42,114 nucleotides of DNA. It comes from a virus (Duplodnaviria > Heunggongvirae > Uroviricota > Caudoviricetes). The notes below the pieces were generated by a model. That model saw only the letters and a program-made list of their open reading frames with translations. It was not told where the DNA came from and did not search any database. This document shows positions 34,841 through 41,598 of this stretch, piece after piece; positions within the stretch are counted from its first letter, which is position 1, and the number at the start of each line of letters is the position of its first letter. The position numbers and the translations under genes are program-made. The stretch lies in IMG/VR virus record IMGVR_UViG_2875703104_000005; one strand, written 5' to 3'.

Positions 34841-35002
34841 ATGAAAAAAGCATTTGCTGCACTGTTCGTTTTGTTGTCTCTGGTAGCTTCAACTCAGGCC
34901 TTTGCCGGTCGTTGTCAGCACGACAGCGATACTGCCGCTGACGGCTCCCGCTGCGGTGGGCGTTCTGCGGATTCCCGCCCAGGCGGCGGTGGCATTCGTT
35001 AA
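34841..35002 (+). CDS. Small secreted Gly/Arg/Cys-rich peptide (53 aa)
   Basis: Signal-peptide-like N-terminus MKKAFAALFVLLSLVASTQAFA; weak RBS, so tentative. Confidence 0.3.
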   Translation: MKKAFAALFVLLSLVASTQAFAGRCQHDSDTAADGSRCGGRSADSRPGGGGIR

Positions 35003-35024
35003 AAACAAGGCCGCGAAAGCGGCC
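35001..35024 (-). terminator. Intrinsic terminator after the AntA-type gene
   Basis: Stem GGCCGC/GCGGCC, loop GAAA, then TTGTTTTT on the minus strand. Confidence 0.55.
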
Positions 35025-35038
35025 TGTGACATGTCACG
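35025..35038. repeat. 14-mer TGTGACATGTCACG, copy 3
   Basis: Immediately 3' (plus strand) of the hairpin that terminates the AntA-type gene. Confidence 0.6.
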
Positions 35039-35047
35039 ATAGTTTCG

Positions 35048-35316
35048 TTTTGCACGTCCCTGTGCCGCCGCCGTCAGAAGAACCCTGCCTTGTCGTTGAT
35101 GTACTCCGCGTGGGTCTGGATATCACGCAGGCATTTGCTCACACCGACGATGTAGCAGAACATGGTGGTCAGCTCCGCCGCCGCGCCCGATACGTCGTGC
35201 CCGTCTTCCTGTAACTGGTTCAGCAGATTCATCAGCAGTGAGTTCTCCGTCAGGCCGAGAACACCCGACGGCGAGTGAATCAGACTGCGGTAGCCGGGCT
35301 TCAGTGGGGCACTGTA
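35048..35316. repeat. Inverted repeat, anti-repressor C-terminal domain, right arm
   Basis: Reverse complement of 33721-33990 with about two mismatches. Confidence 0.8.
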
Positions 35317-35730
35317 TTCTTTTTTGTCTTCCAGCTTGATCGCCTCCATAATGGCGGGCATGAAGCCTGACAAGACCTTCTCCACCTTTGTTTCTTGTTG
35401 TCTTAAACGTTTCTCGCATTCAATGAAGTATCGGCGTATCTGGCGGCCTTTTTCGTTGCGCTCGACCATCGCAGTTTCTTTGGCCGTATCGAGGGTGAGG
35501 TGATAGTCTTTGCTACGGCGATCGCCTCCTCGACCTTTGATTTCCCGATTTGGGGAAACCAAAATATAGTCCTGATTTTCAACGAAACCATATTCAGCAA
35601 TGCGTTCTGTAATCCACGATGCAAAGCGTTTACCTACCCCAAGAAAAGTATGTAAATCGCGAGCATTAACGAGAAGAGTGGTTTCGTTGGCGATAGTGCC
35701 GTTGAATACGGGGATGAGTTGAGCGTTCAT
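35074..35730 (-). CDS. Anti-repressor, AntA-type N-terminal domain with shared C-terminal domain
   Basis: 218 aa; AntA-like N-terminus (LIPVFNGTIANETTLLVNARDLHTFLGVGKRFASWI); C-terminal 80 aa identical to the Bro-N paralog; GGAG RBS. Confidence 0.7.
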   Translation of the reverse strand: MNAQLIPVFNGTIANETTLLVNARDLHTFLGVGKRFASWITERIAEYGFVENQDYILVSPNREIKGRGGDRRSKDYHLTLDTAKETAMVERNEKGRQIRRYFIECEKRLRQQETKVEKVLSGFMPAIMEAIKLEDKKEYSAPLKPGYRSLIHSPSGVLGLTENSLLMNLLNQLQEDGHDVSGAAAELTTMFCYIVGVSKCLRDIQTHAEYINDKAGFF

Positions 35731-35888
35731 GATGGCGTCTCCACTTAGCGAATTACATCACCACCGCTGAGACCAATCAGATGGTGGTGAACTGAACGGA
35801 GTTGGTCTTACCGGCCTAAGTGGTACCGGCGTCCTTTCGGACCCCCATTCAGCCCACCATAATTCTGGCATGACTGTGCTATACGCAT

Positions 35889-35910
35889 AAAAAAACCACG
35901 TCTGGCGTGG
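35889..35910 (-). terminator. Leader terminator / attenuator upstream of the AntA-type anti-repressor
   Basis: Stem CCACG/CGTGG with a 7-T run at the equivalent leader position; stem sequence differs from the left arm but pairing is preserved. Confidence 0.5.
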
Positions 35911-36000
35911 TATGCGCCACTTAGTAATCCGGGAGACCAATCCCGGCACTGGATTTTGCCAGTGCCCGATTACTATGGCACAAGAGGAGTGCGGTGTAAA

Positions 36001-36017
36001 TTTACCGCAAAGGTAAA
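36001..36017. promoter_or_regulatory. Operator-like palindrome TTTACC-GCAAA-GGTAAA at the start of the right anti-repressor leader
   Basis: Mirror copy of the 32984-33000 site, in the right-arm leader driving the minus-strand AntA-type gene. Confidence 0.5.
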
Positions 36018-36047
36018 TATAAGCACTCCACTTGGTAATTACAAACC

Positions 36048-36320
36048 TTATCTGGTTTGTTTTCGTAATTGTTCGGCACAATAGTCGAGATGTGTTTGCA
36101 GATCCCGCATAGACATCTGTGAGCTGGTGACGTAGTTAATCAGTGCAGTCAGTTCGGCAAGTGGACCATCGACATTAAATCCATCCTTATCGAGATCCCG
36201 GAGTAATTTCATCAAGTGCGATCCCTCCACCAGTGACCTGACGCCTCCCGGCGTGTGAATCCTTTCGGTAAATCCCTCTTCCAGTGGATAGTGATACTGC
36301 TGCATCTTAATCTTCTCCAT
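36048..36320 (-). CDS. Small anti-repressor-like protein behind a LexA box
   Basis: 90 aa; homologous to the shared C-terminal domain of the two large anti-repressors (PL--G----IH-P-GV ... ELT ... RD-QTH--Y spacing conserved); consensus LexA box 8 bp upstream of its ATG. Confidence 0.6.
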   Translation of the reverse strand: MEKIKMQQYHYPLEEGFTERIHTPGGVRSLVEGSHLMKLLRDLDKDGFNVDGPLAELTALINYVTSSQMSMRDLQTHLDYCAEQLRKQTR

Positions 36321-36327
36321 GCAATAA

Positions 36328-36343
36328 CTGTATATTTATACAG
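36328..36343 (-). promoter_or_regulatory. LexA box (SOS operator)
   Basis: CTGTATATTTATACAG with flanking A/T matches CTGT-N8-ACAG; 8 bp upstream of the ATG of the 36048-36320 minus-strand gene. Confidence 0.75.
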
Positions 36344-36381
36344 TAGCAAATAATTTGTTTGCTATCCAGCACGTTTTGAAA

Positions 36382-36398
36382 ATTACCTGAAAGGTAAT
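36382..36398. promoter_or_regulatory. Operator-like palindrome ATTACC-TGAAA-GGTAAT between the LexA box and the tailspike gene
   Basis: Perfect half-sites, 104 bp upstream of the tailspike ATG and 39 bp from the LexA box. Confidence 0.5.
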
Positions 36399-36501
36399 AT
36401 CTATTCATATTCACAGTCTCTCTATCCATATATGGTTTTTCGGGTAATAGAATAACCAGATATGCGGCGCAACGGGTGCTGCGACTATCTGGAGATTTAA
36501 C

Positions 36502-38964
36502 ATGACGGTCTCAACCGAAGTTGACCACAACGAATACACAGGTAACGGCGTTACGACATCATTTCCGTATACCTTCCGTATTTTCAAAAAATCCGACCTG
36601 GTTGTTCAGGTGTCTGACCTTAACGGTAACGTTACAAAACTAGTGCTGGATGCTGGTTATACGGTAACAGGGGCGGGAACTTATAGTGGCGGTGCAGTGG
36701 TTCTTCCGTCGCCGCTTGCTGCTGGCTGGCGAATCACGATAGAGCGTGTGCTTGATGTGGTGCAGGAGACTGATCTTCGCAATCAGGGAAAATTTTTCCC
36801 CGAAGTTCATGAGGATGCATTTGACTACCTGACGATGCTGATCCAGCGATGTTTTGGGTGGTTCAGACGTGCATTGATGAAACCATCTTTGCTTGCAAAA
36901 TATTACGATGCAAAGCAAAACAGAATATCTAACCTTGCCGATCCATCACTTGAGCAGGACGCTGTAAATAATCGCTCAATGCGTAATTATGTCGATGCTG
37001 CAATCGCCGGGGTTGTTGGTGGTTTTGGTTGGTTTATTCAGTATGGTTCTGGAGCGGTATACAGAACACTCCAGGATAAGATGCGTGATGGTGTCAGCAT
37101 TAAGGATTTTGGAGCTCAAAATGGAATCTTAAATGATAACAAGGAGGCTTTTACAAAATCATTACATTCGTTTAGCAGTGTTTTTGTTCCGGAAGGGGTA
37201 TTCAATACATCTTTAGTTTCTCTTTCACGTTGTGGCTTGTACGGAACAGGTGGGGGAACGATAAAACAGTATGACAGAGATGGTAATCATCTGGTTTTTA
37301 ACATGCCCGATGGTGGCATGCTTAGTACGCTAACAATTATGGGAAATAAATCAGATGATAGTGTGCAGGGACACCAGGTGTCATTTTCAGGTGGCCATGA
37401 TGTATCGGTTAAAAATATCAGATTTACAAATACGCGAGGAACAGGATTTAGCTTGATCGCTTATCCGAATAATGGTATTCCGTCAGGTTACATTGTTAGA
37501 GATATAAGAGGAGAGTATTTAGGGTTCGCAAATAATAAAAAAGCAGGTTGTGTGCTTTTTGATTCATCGCAAAATACGCTAATTGATGGTGTGATAGCCA
37601 GAAATTATCCTCAGTTTGGTGCAGTGGAACTTAAAACAGCAGCAAAATATAACATTGTCAGCAATGTTATTGGTGAAGAGTGTCAGCACGTTGTTTACAA
37701 TGGAACTGAGACGGAAACTGCCCCAACGAATAATATCATTAGCAGTGTAATGGCTAACAACCCAAAATACGCCGCAGTAGTTGTTGGCAAGGGGACTGGT
37801 AACCTGATTTCGAATGTGCTGGTTGATTACTCTGAATCGGACGCAAAGCAGGCGCACGGAGTCACCGTTCAGGGAAATAATAATATTGCCAGTAATATTC
37901 TAATGACTGGGTGTGATGGGAAAAATGAATCAGGAGATCTGCAGACATCTACAACCATTCGTTTCTTAGATGCTGCACGCAGTAATTATGCGTCAATATT
38001 CCCCATGTATAGTTCTTCCGGCGTGGTTACCTTCGAGGAAGGGTGTATCAGGAACTTTGTTGAAATTAAACATCCGGGTGACAGAAATAATATTCTGAGT
38101 TCTGCATCAGCGGTGACTGGTATTTCCAGTATAGACGGCACTACAAATAGCAATGTTGTTCACGTCCCTGCGCTTGGTCAGTACGTTGGGACTATGTCAG
38201 GGCGTTTTGAATGGTGGGTTAAATATTTTAACCTTGCTAACCAGACGCTTGTTTCTGCAGATAAATTCAGAATGCTTGCTGAAGGCGATGTATCTCTGGC
38301 TGTGGGAGGCGGTATAAGTTCGCAATTGAAATTATTCAATAGTGATAATACTAAAGGCACTATGTCGCTAATAAATGGAAATATTCGAATATCTACTGGA
38401 AATTCAGAATATATACAGTTTTCTGATTCAGCCATGACACCATCGACAACGAATACTTATTCTCTTGGGTTGGCTGGTCGTGCATGGTCGGGGGGATTTA
38501 CCCAGTCAGCGTTTACGGTGCTGTCCGATGCGCGTTTCAAGACTGCTCCAGAGGTTATTGATGAGAAAATACTGGACGCATGGGAAAGAGTGGAATGGGT
38601 TTCATACCAGTACCTTGACAGGATCGAAGTGAAAGGTAAAGACGGAGCAAGATGGCACTTTGGTGCAGTTGCGCAGCATGTTATCAGTGTATTTCAGAAT
38701 GAAGGCATAGATGTGTCACGACTGGCATTTATCTGTTATGACAAGTGGAATGAGACCCCGGCAGAATACAGGGATGTGACGGAAGAAGAGCATTCTGCAG
38801 GAGTTTACCCACTTATACAGACAAAGGTTCTGGTACGCGAAGCCGTCGAGGCTGGTGAATGTTACGGTATCCGTTATGAAGAGGCTCTGATTCTGGAATC
38901 TGCGATGATGAGACGCAGGGTTAAAAAGCTGGAAGAGCAAGTTTTGCAATTAACAGGGAATTGA
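36502..38964 (+). CDS. Tailspike / tail fibre with C-terminal intramolecular chaperone (S74-like) domain
   Basis: 820 aa; conserved tail-fibre N-terminus (YTGNGVTTSFPYTF), central beta-helix-like repeats (low-GC), C-terminal SDARFK ... autoproteolytic chaperone motif. Confidence 0.75.
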   Translation: MTVSTEVDHNEYTGNGVTTSFPYTFRIFKKSDLVVQVSDLNGNVTKLVLDAGYTVTGAGTYSGGAVVLPSPLAAGWRITIERVLDVVQETDLRNQGKFFPEVHEDAFDYLTMLIQRCFGWFRRALMKPSLLAKYYDAKQNRISNLADPSLEQDAVNNRSMRNYVDAAIAGVVGGFGWFIQYGSGAVYRTLQDKMRDGVSIKDFGAQNGILNDNKEAFTKSLHSFSSVFVPEGVFNTSLVSLSRCGLYGTGGGTIKQYDRDGNHLVFNMPDGGMLSTLTIMGNKSDDSVQGHQVSFSGGHDVSVKNIRFTNTRGTGFSLIAYPNNGIPSGYIVRDIRGEYLGFANNKKAGCVLFDSSQNTLIDGVIARNYPQFGAVELKTAAKYNIVSNVIGEECQHVVYNGTETETAPTNNIISSVMANNPKYAAVVVGKGTGNLISNVLVDYSESDAKQAHGVTVQGNNNIASNILMTGCDGKNESGDLQTSTTIRFLDAARSNYASIFPMYSSSGVVTFEEGCIRNFVEIKHPGDRNNILSSASAVTGISSIDGTTNSNVVHVPALGQYVGTMSGRFEWWVKYFNLANQTLVSADKFRMLAEGDVSLAVGGGISSQLKLFNSDNTKGTMSLINGNIRISTGNSEYIQFSDSAMTPSTTNTYSLGLAGRAWSGGFTQSAFTVLSDARFKTAPEVIDEKILDAWERVEWVSYQYLDRIEVKGKDGARWHFGAVAQHVISVFQNEGIDVSRLAFICYDKWNETPAEYRDVTEEEHSAGVYPLIQTKVLVREAVEAGECYGIRYEEALILESAMMRRRVKKLEEQVLQLTGN

Positions 38965-39036
38965 ACCGTAAATGGTGTGTTGTTGCGCGGTATACTTTTC
39001 CTGAAGCAGGGTGTTTGCAAATAAACGGGTTTCGTT

Positions 39037-39441
39037 ATGTCATTCCAACTAACCAATGAAACTTCAAATCAGTGGCTTAGTGTTAGTTCTCTTGCTGCGG
39101 TTATTGCAGGTGTCCCTCCGGAGGTTGCTTTAGGGGCTTTGGCTGGGGCGGTAATTTTTGTTACCTCTGCAGTAGAGTACCCCATCCGTCGCCGGGTGCT
39201 CCTGTCGATGCTCAGCTTTCTTTGCGGCCTTCTCTTTTACAAACCAGCAGCATCAATTCTTATCGGCATAGCCAGCCTGATCCCTACCATCACGCAGGAC
39301 TCTTTTGAAAAAGGGATTGTTTTCTCTGCAGGCGCATTCGTGTCAGCAATTGTCGCCGTGCGTATTGGCATCTGGCTCTATCACCGTTCCGATAATCCAC
39401 GCGAGTTAATTCCGGGGAGAAAAGACGATGGTAACGCATGA
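39037..39441 (+). CDS. Holin-like membrane protein
   Basis: 134 aa with several hydrophobic helices, directly upstream of the endolysin cassette; no clear Shine-Dalgarno. Confidence 0.4.
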   Translation: MSFQLTNETSNQWLSVSSLAAVIAGVPPEVALGALAGAVIFVTSAVEYPIRRRVLLSMLSFLCGLLFYKPAASILIGIASLIPTITQDSFEKGIVFSAGAFVSAIVAVRIGIWLYHRSDNPRELIPGRKDDGNA

Positions 39442-39736
39442 GTTTTTTTTGCTTATCACCAATGCAGTTATTTGTACTGGCATAGCAATTCGCGTTGTCA
39501 CATTCCGGCGTAACGGCTCTCAACATCGAAGATGGGGAGGGTGGCTTGCTTATTTCCTTATTGTTGCTGCGGCAAGTATTCCTGTTCGTGTCGTCTATGC
39601 AATCTGGTTACGCACGCCAATGGCTGTGGATTTATCTGAGGTCATTATCAACGCTGTCATGCTTGCCGCGGTTATTAAAACACGCGGTAACGTTGTTCAT
39701 ATTTTCAAAATATCGAGGTCTAAACATGGAGATTAA
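39428..39736 (+). CDS. Second small membrane protein (holin / antiholin-like)
   Basis: 102 aa, three hydrophobic segments, GGGGAG RBS, overlaps the endolysin start. Confidence 0.45.
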   Translation: MVTHEFFLLITNAVICTGIAIRVVTFRRNGSQHRRWGGWLAYFLIVAAASIPVRVVYAIWLRTPMAVDLSEVIINAVMLAAVIKTRGNVVHIFKISRSKHGD

Positions 39737-40355
39737 ACAATTCCAGCGAGCTGCTGGTATTAGCGAGGCGCTGGCCGCTCGCTGGTTCTCGCATATAACT
39801 TCTGCGATGAAAGAGTTTGGTATCAGCAAACCCGAAGATCAGGCAATGTTTATTGCTCAGGTCGGGCATGAGTCTGGTGGCTTCAACCGGTTGCAGGAAA
39901 ATTTCAACTACAGCGTCACCGGACTGGCTAACTTCGTTCGGGCTGGGCGTCTCACCCAGGGACAGGCTAACGCACTGGGCCGCCGTGCTGGTGAGCCACC
40001 ATTGCCACTTGAGCGCCAGCGCGCGATCGCAAATCTGGTGTACAGCAAACGCATGGGTAACAATGCCTCTGGTGATGGCTGGAATTACCGTGGTCGCGGA
40101 CTTATCCAGATTACCGGTTTGAATAACTATCGTGACTGTGGAAACGGTCTTAAGGTTGACCTGCTGGAGAGTCCTGAACTGCTGGCGCAGGACGAATACG
40201 CGGCTCGTAGCGCGGCGTGGTTCTTTGCCAGCAAAGGATGCATGAAGTATACCGGCGATATTGCACGTGTAACTCTGATTATCAATGGTGGCCGGAACGG
40301 CATCGACGACCGGCGCGCGCGGTACATCACTGCCAGTAAGGTGCTGGCGGTATGA
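39726..40355 (+). CDS. Endolysin, glycoside hydrolase family 19 (chitinase-like)
   Basis: GH19 signature blocks AQVGHESGGF and NYRGRGLIQITG; start set at ATG 39726 (MEIKQFQ) with GAGGT RBS rather than the longer ORF-track frame. Confidence 0.75.
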   Translation: MEIKQFQRAAGISEALAARWFSHITSAMKEFGISKPEDQAMFIAQVGHESGGFNRLQENFNYSVTGLANFVRAGRLTQGQANALGRRAGEPPLPLERQRAIANLVYSKRMGNNASGDGWNYRGRGLIQITGLNNYRDCGNGLKVDLLESPELLAQDEYAARSAAWFFASKGCMKYTGDIARVTLIINGGRNGIDDRRARYITASKVLAV

Positions 40356-40849
40356 TCTGGGCATTCGCAAAAGCATACTGGAAACAGTTGGTTATCATGG
40401 CGATGCTTGCTGTTCTGGTCATATCAGGAGTTGTAGCCTGGAATGCACACGGCAGTCGTCAGTACGACGCCGGGTATGCGCAGGCACAGGAAGATCAGAA
40501 ACAGGCTGATGATAAGGCCAGGTCACAACGTGATCAGGAGAAAACACAAATTGAACGTGAAGCACAGTCCCGTATCGATGTGGCGCGTGTTGATGCTGAG
40601 CATGCTAATGCCGCTGCTGACAGCCTGCGCGCCGAGCTTGACAAAACCAAGCGACTCGCCGAACACTATACCGGATCTTTCCCCACTGGCACGCCAGCCA
40701 GCAAGGTCATCGGTGTGCTCGCCGACATGCTTGAAGAAAGCAACCGAGTTTACAACGCAACAGCAGCTGAGGCTGAAAAGTATCGGATTGCAGGAGAATC
40801 CTGCGAACAGCAATACGATTCACTGAAGAAGCAAAAATCGTGGCACTGA
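40352..40849 (+). CDS. Rz-like i-spanin
   Basis: 165 aa; N-terminal transmembrane helix then charged coiled-coil; coupled to the endolysin gene. Confidence 0.65.
   Translation: MIWAFAKAYWKQLVIMAMLAVLVISGVVAWNAHGSRQYDAGYAQAQEDQKQADDKARSQRDQEKTQIEREAQSRIDVARVDAEHANAAADSLRAELDKTKRLAEHYTGSFPTGTPASKVIGVLADMLEESNRVYNATAAEAEKYRIAGESCEQQYDSLKKQKSWH
40593..40826 (+). CDS. Rz1-like o-spanin lipoprotein, embedded in the +1 frame of Rz
   Basis: Lipobox LLTAC followed by a Pro-rich sequence, wholly nested in the Rz gene; start among ATGs at 40578-40608 uncertain. Confidence 0.5.
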   Translation: MLSMLMPLLTACAPSLTKPSDSPNTIPDLSPLARQPARSSVCSPTCLKKATEFTTQQQLRLKSIGLQENPANSNTIH

Positions 40850-40965
40850 TTTCCGGTGACGGTATATAAAACGGTACGGTGAAAATCATTTGGAAGAAAG
40901 TTGTTATCAGTCAATTGTTTATGTGTATCGTAAATAATTGAGTGGGAATGATTTGACTCTGCACT

Positions 40966-40996
40966 ATGAATGAACAAAACCCTCTGTTACTACAGA
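40966..40996. terminator. Bidirectional intrinsic terminator at the prophage right end
   Basis: 9-bp stem ACCCTCTGT/ACAGAGGGT flanked by AAAA and TTTTTT; serves both the lysis operon and the convergent minus-strand genes. Confidence 0.7.
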
Positions 40997-41043
40997 GGGT
41001 TTTTTATACTCACGAATCATAGGATTGAAGTTACTAACATCGA

Positions 41044-41583
41044 TTAATTAAACCAGCTATCTGATTTATTCTCTTCTGCTTTGCCCACGCTTTTCATCAG
41101 ATCGCGACCGCCTTCAGTCATATTCCTGTTTGCGTCAGCTTCAGATTGCACCACATCGGTTTGCGCAGCTTTGTGCTTCAGTTCCTGATCGATAAATTCG
41201 TTTTCTCGCTTAACGCGGGCTTCTTCTTTCGCCAGCGCCAGTTTTTGCTTCTGAATCTCTAAGCTGCGTAGCTCATCTTCATAACTTTGATCGCGTCTTT
41301 TGTCCGCAGTGGCTTCGGCGTCCAGTTTATCCTGACGAGCTTTCTTATTCGCCGCTGCCGTTGCCGCTCTTTTATTAGCCGCGGCCTGGGCGTTTGCGCG
41401 ACGTTGCTTCTCTTGCTGGATTTCCCTGTTGCGCTCCGCGACCCATTCGTCATGCTGCCTTTGCTCTTCATTTTTACCTTGCTGTTCCGCTTCTGCGACA
41501 GCCGAGAGTTGATCCTGCAATGATGAGGCGATAGCCGGATAGCTTAAGGAGGCTAAGATGGCGCAAAGAAAAACTTTCTTCAT
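41044..41583 (-). CDS. Periplasmic coiled-coil protein, probably host (DUF1090/YfgI-like?)
   Basis: 179 aa; signal peptide then Ala/Lys/Gln/Glu-rich coiled coil; lies beyond the prophage right-end terminator. Identity is by recollection only. Confidence 0.45.
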   Translation of the reverse strand: MKKVFLCAILASLSYPAIASSLQDQLSAVAEAEQQGKNEEQRQHDEWVAERNREIQQEKQRRANAQAAANKRAATAAANKKARQDKLDAEATADKRRDQSYEDELRSLEIQKQKLALAKEEARVKRENEFIDQELKHKAAQTDVVQSEADANRNMTEGGRDLMKSVGKAEENKSDSWFN

Positions 41584-41598
41584 GACTCCTCCTGATCA

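Larger units (their letters stand above)
35731..36017. repeat. Inverted-repeat leader, right arm (partner 32984-33267)
   Basis: Reverse complement matches the left-arm leader, including the operator-like site and hairpin positions. Confidence 0.75.
1..40965. mobile_element. Integrated temperate prophage, integrase at left edge to lysis cassette at right
   Basis: Contiguous phage modules in canonical order (int, recombination, immunity, replication, terminase, portal-capsid-tail, lysis). Right end placed just before a strong bidirectional terminator and host-like genes. attL is at or beyond the window start; attR core not identified. Confidence 0.8.

Noticed and set aside
35758-36081. ORF-track ORF (107 aa, minus strand) upstream of the AntA-type gene
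   Set aside because: Same reasoning as above; it also overlaps the 3' end of the LexA-controlled gene and the leader terminator.
39495-39725. Long N-terminal extension of the endolysin ORF
   Set aside because: The extension overlaps the upstream membrane-protein gene in another frame; the conserved endolysin start MEIKQF with a GAGGT RBS is at 39726.
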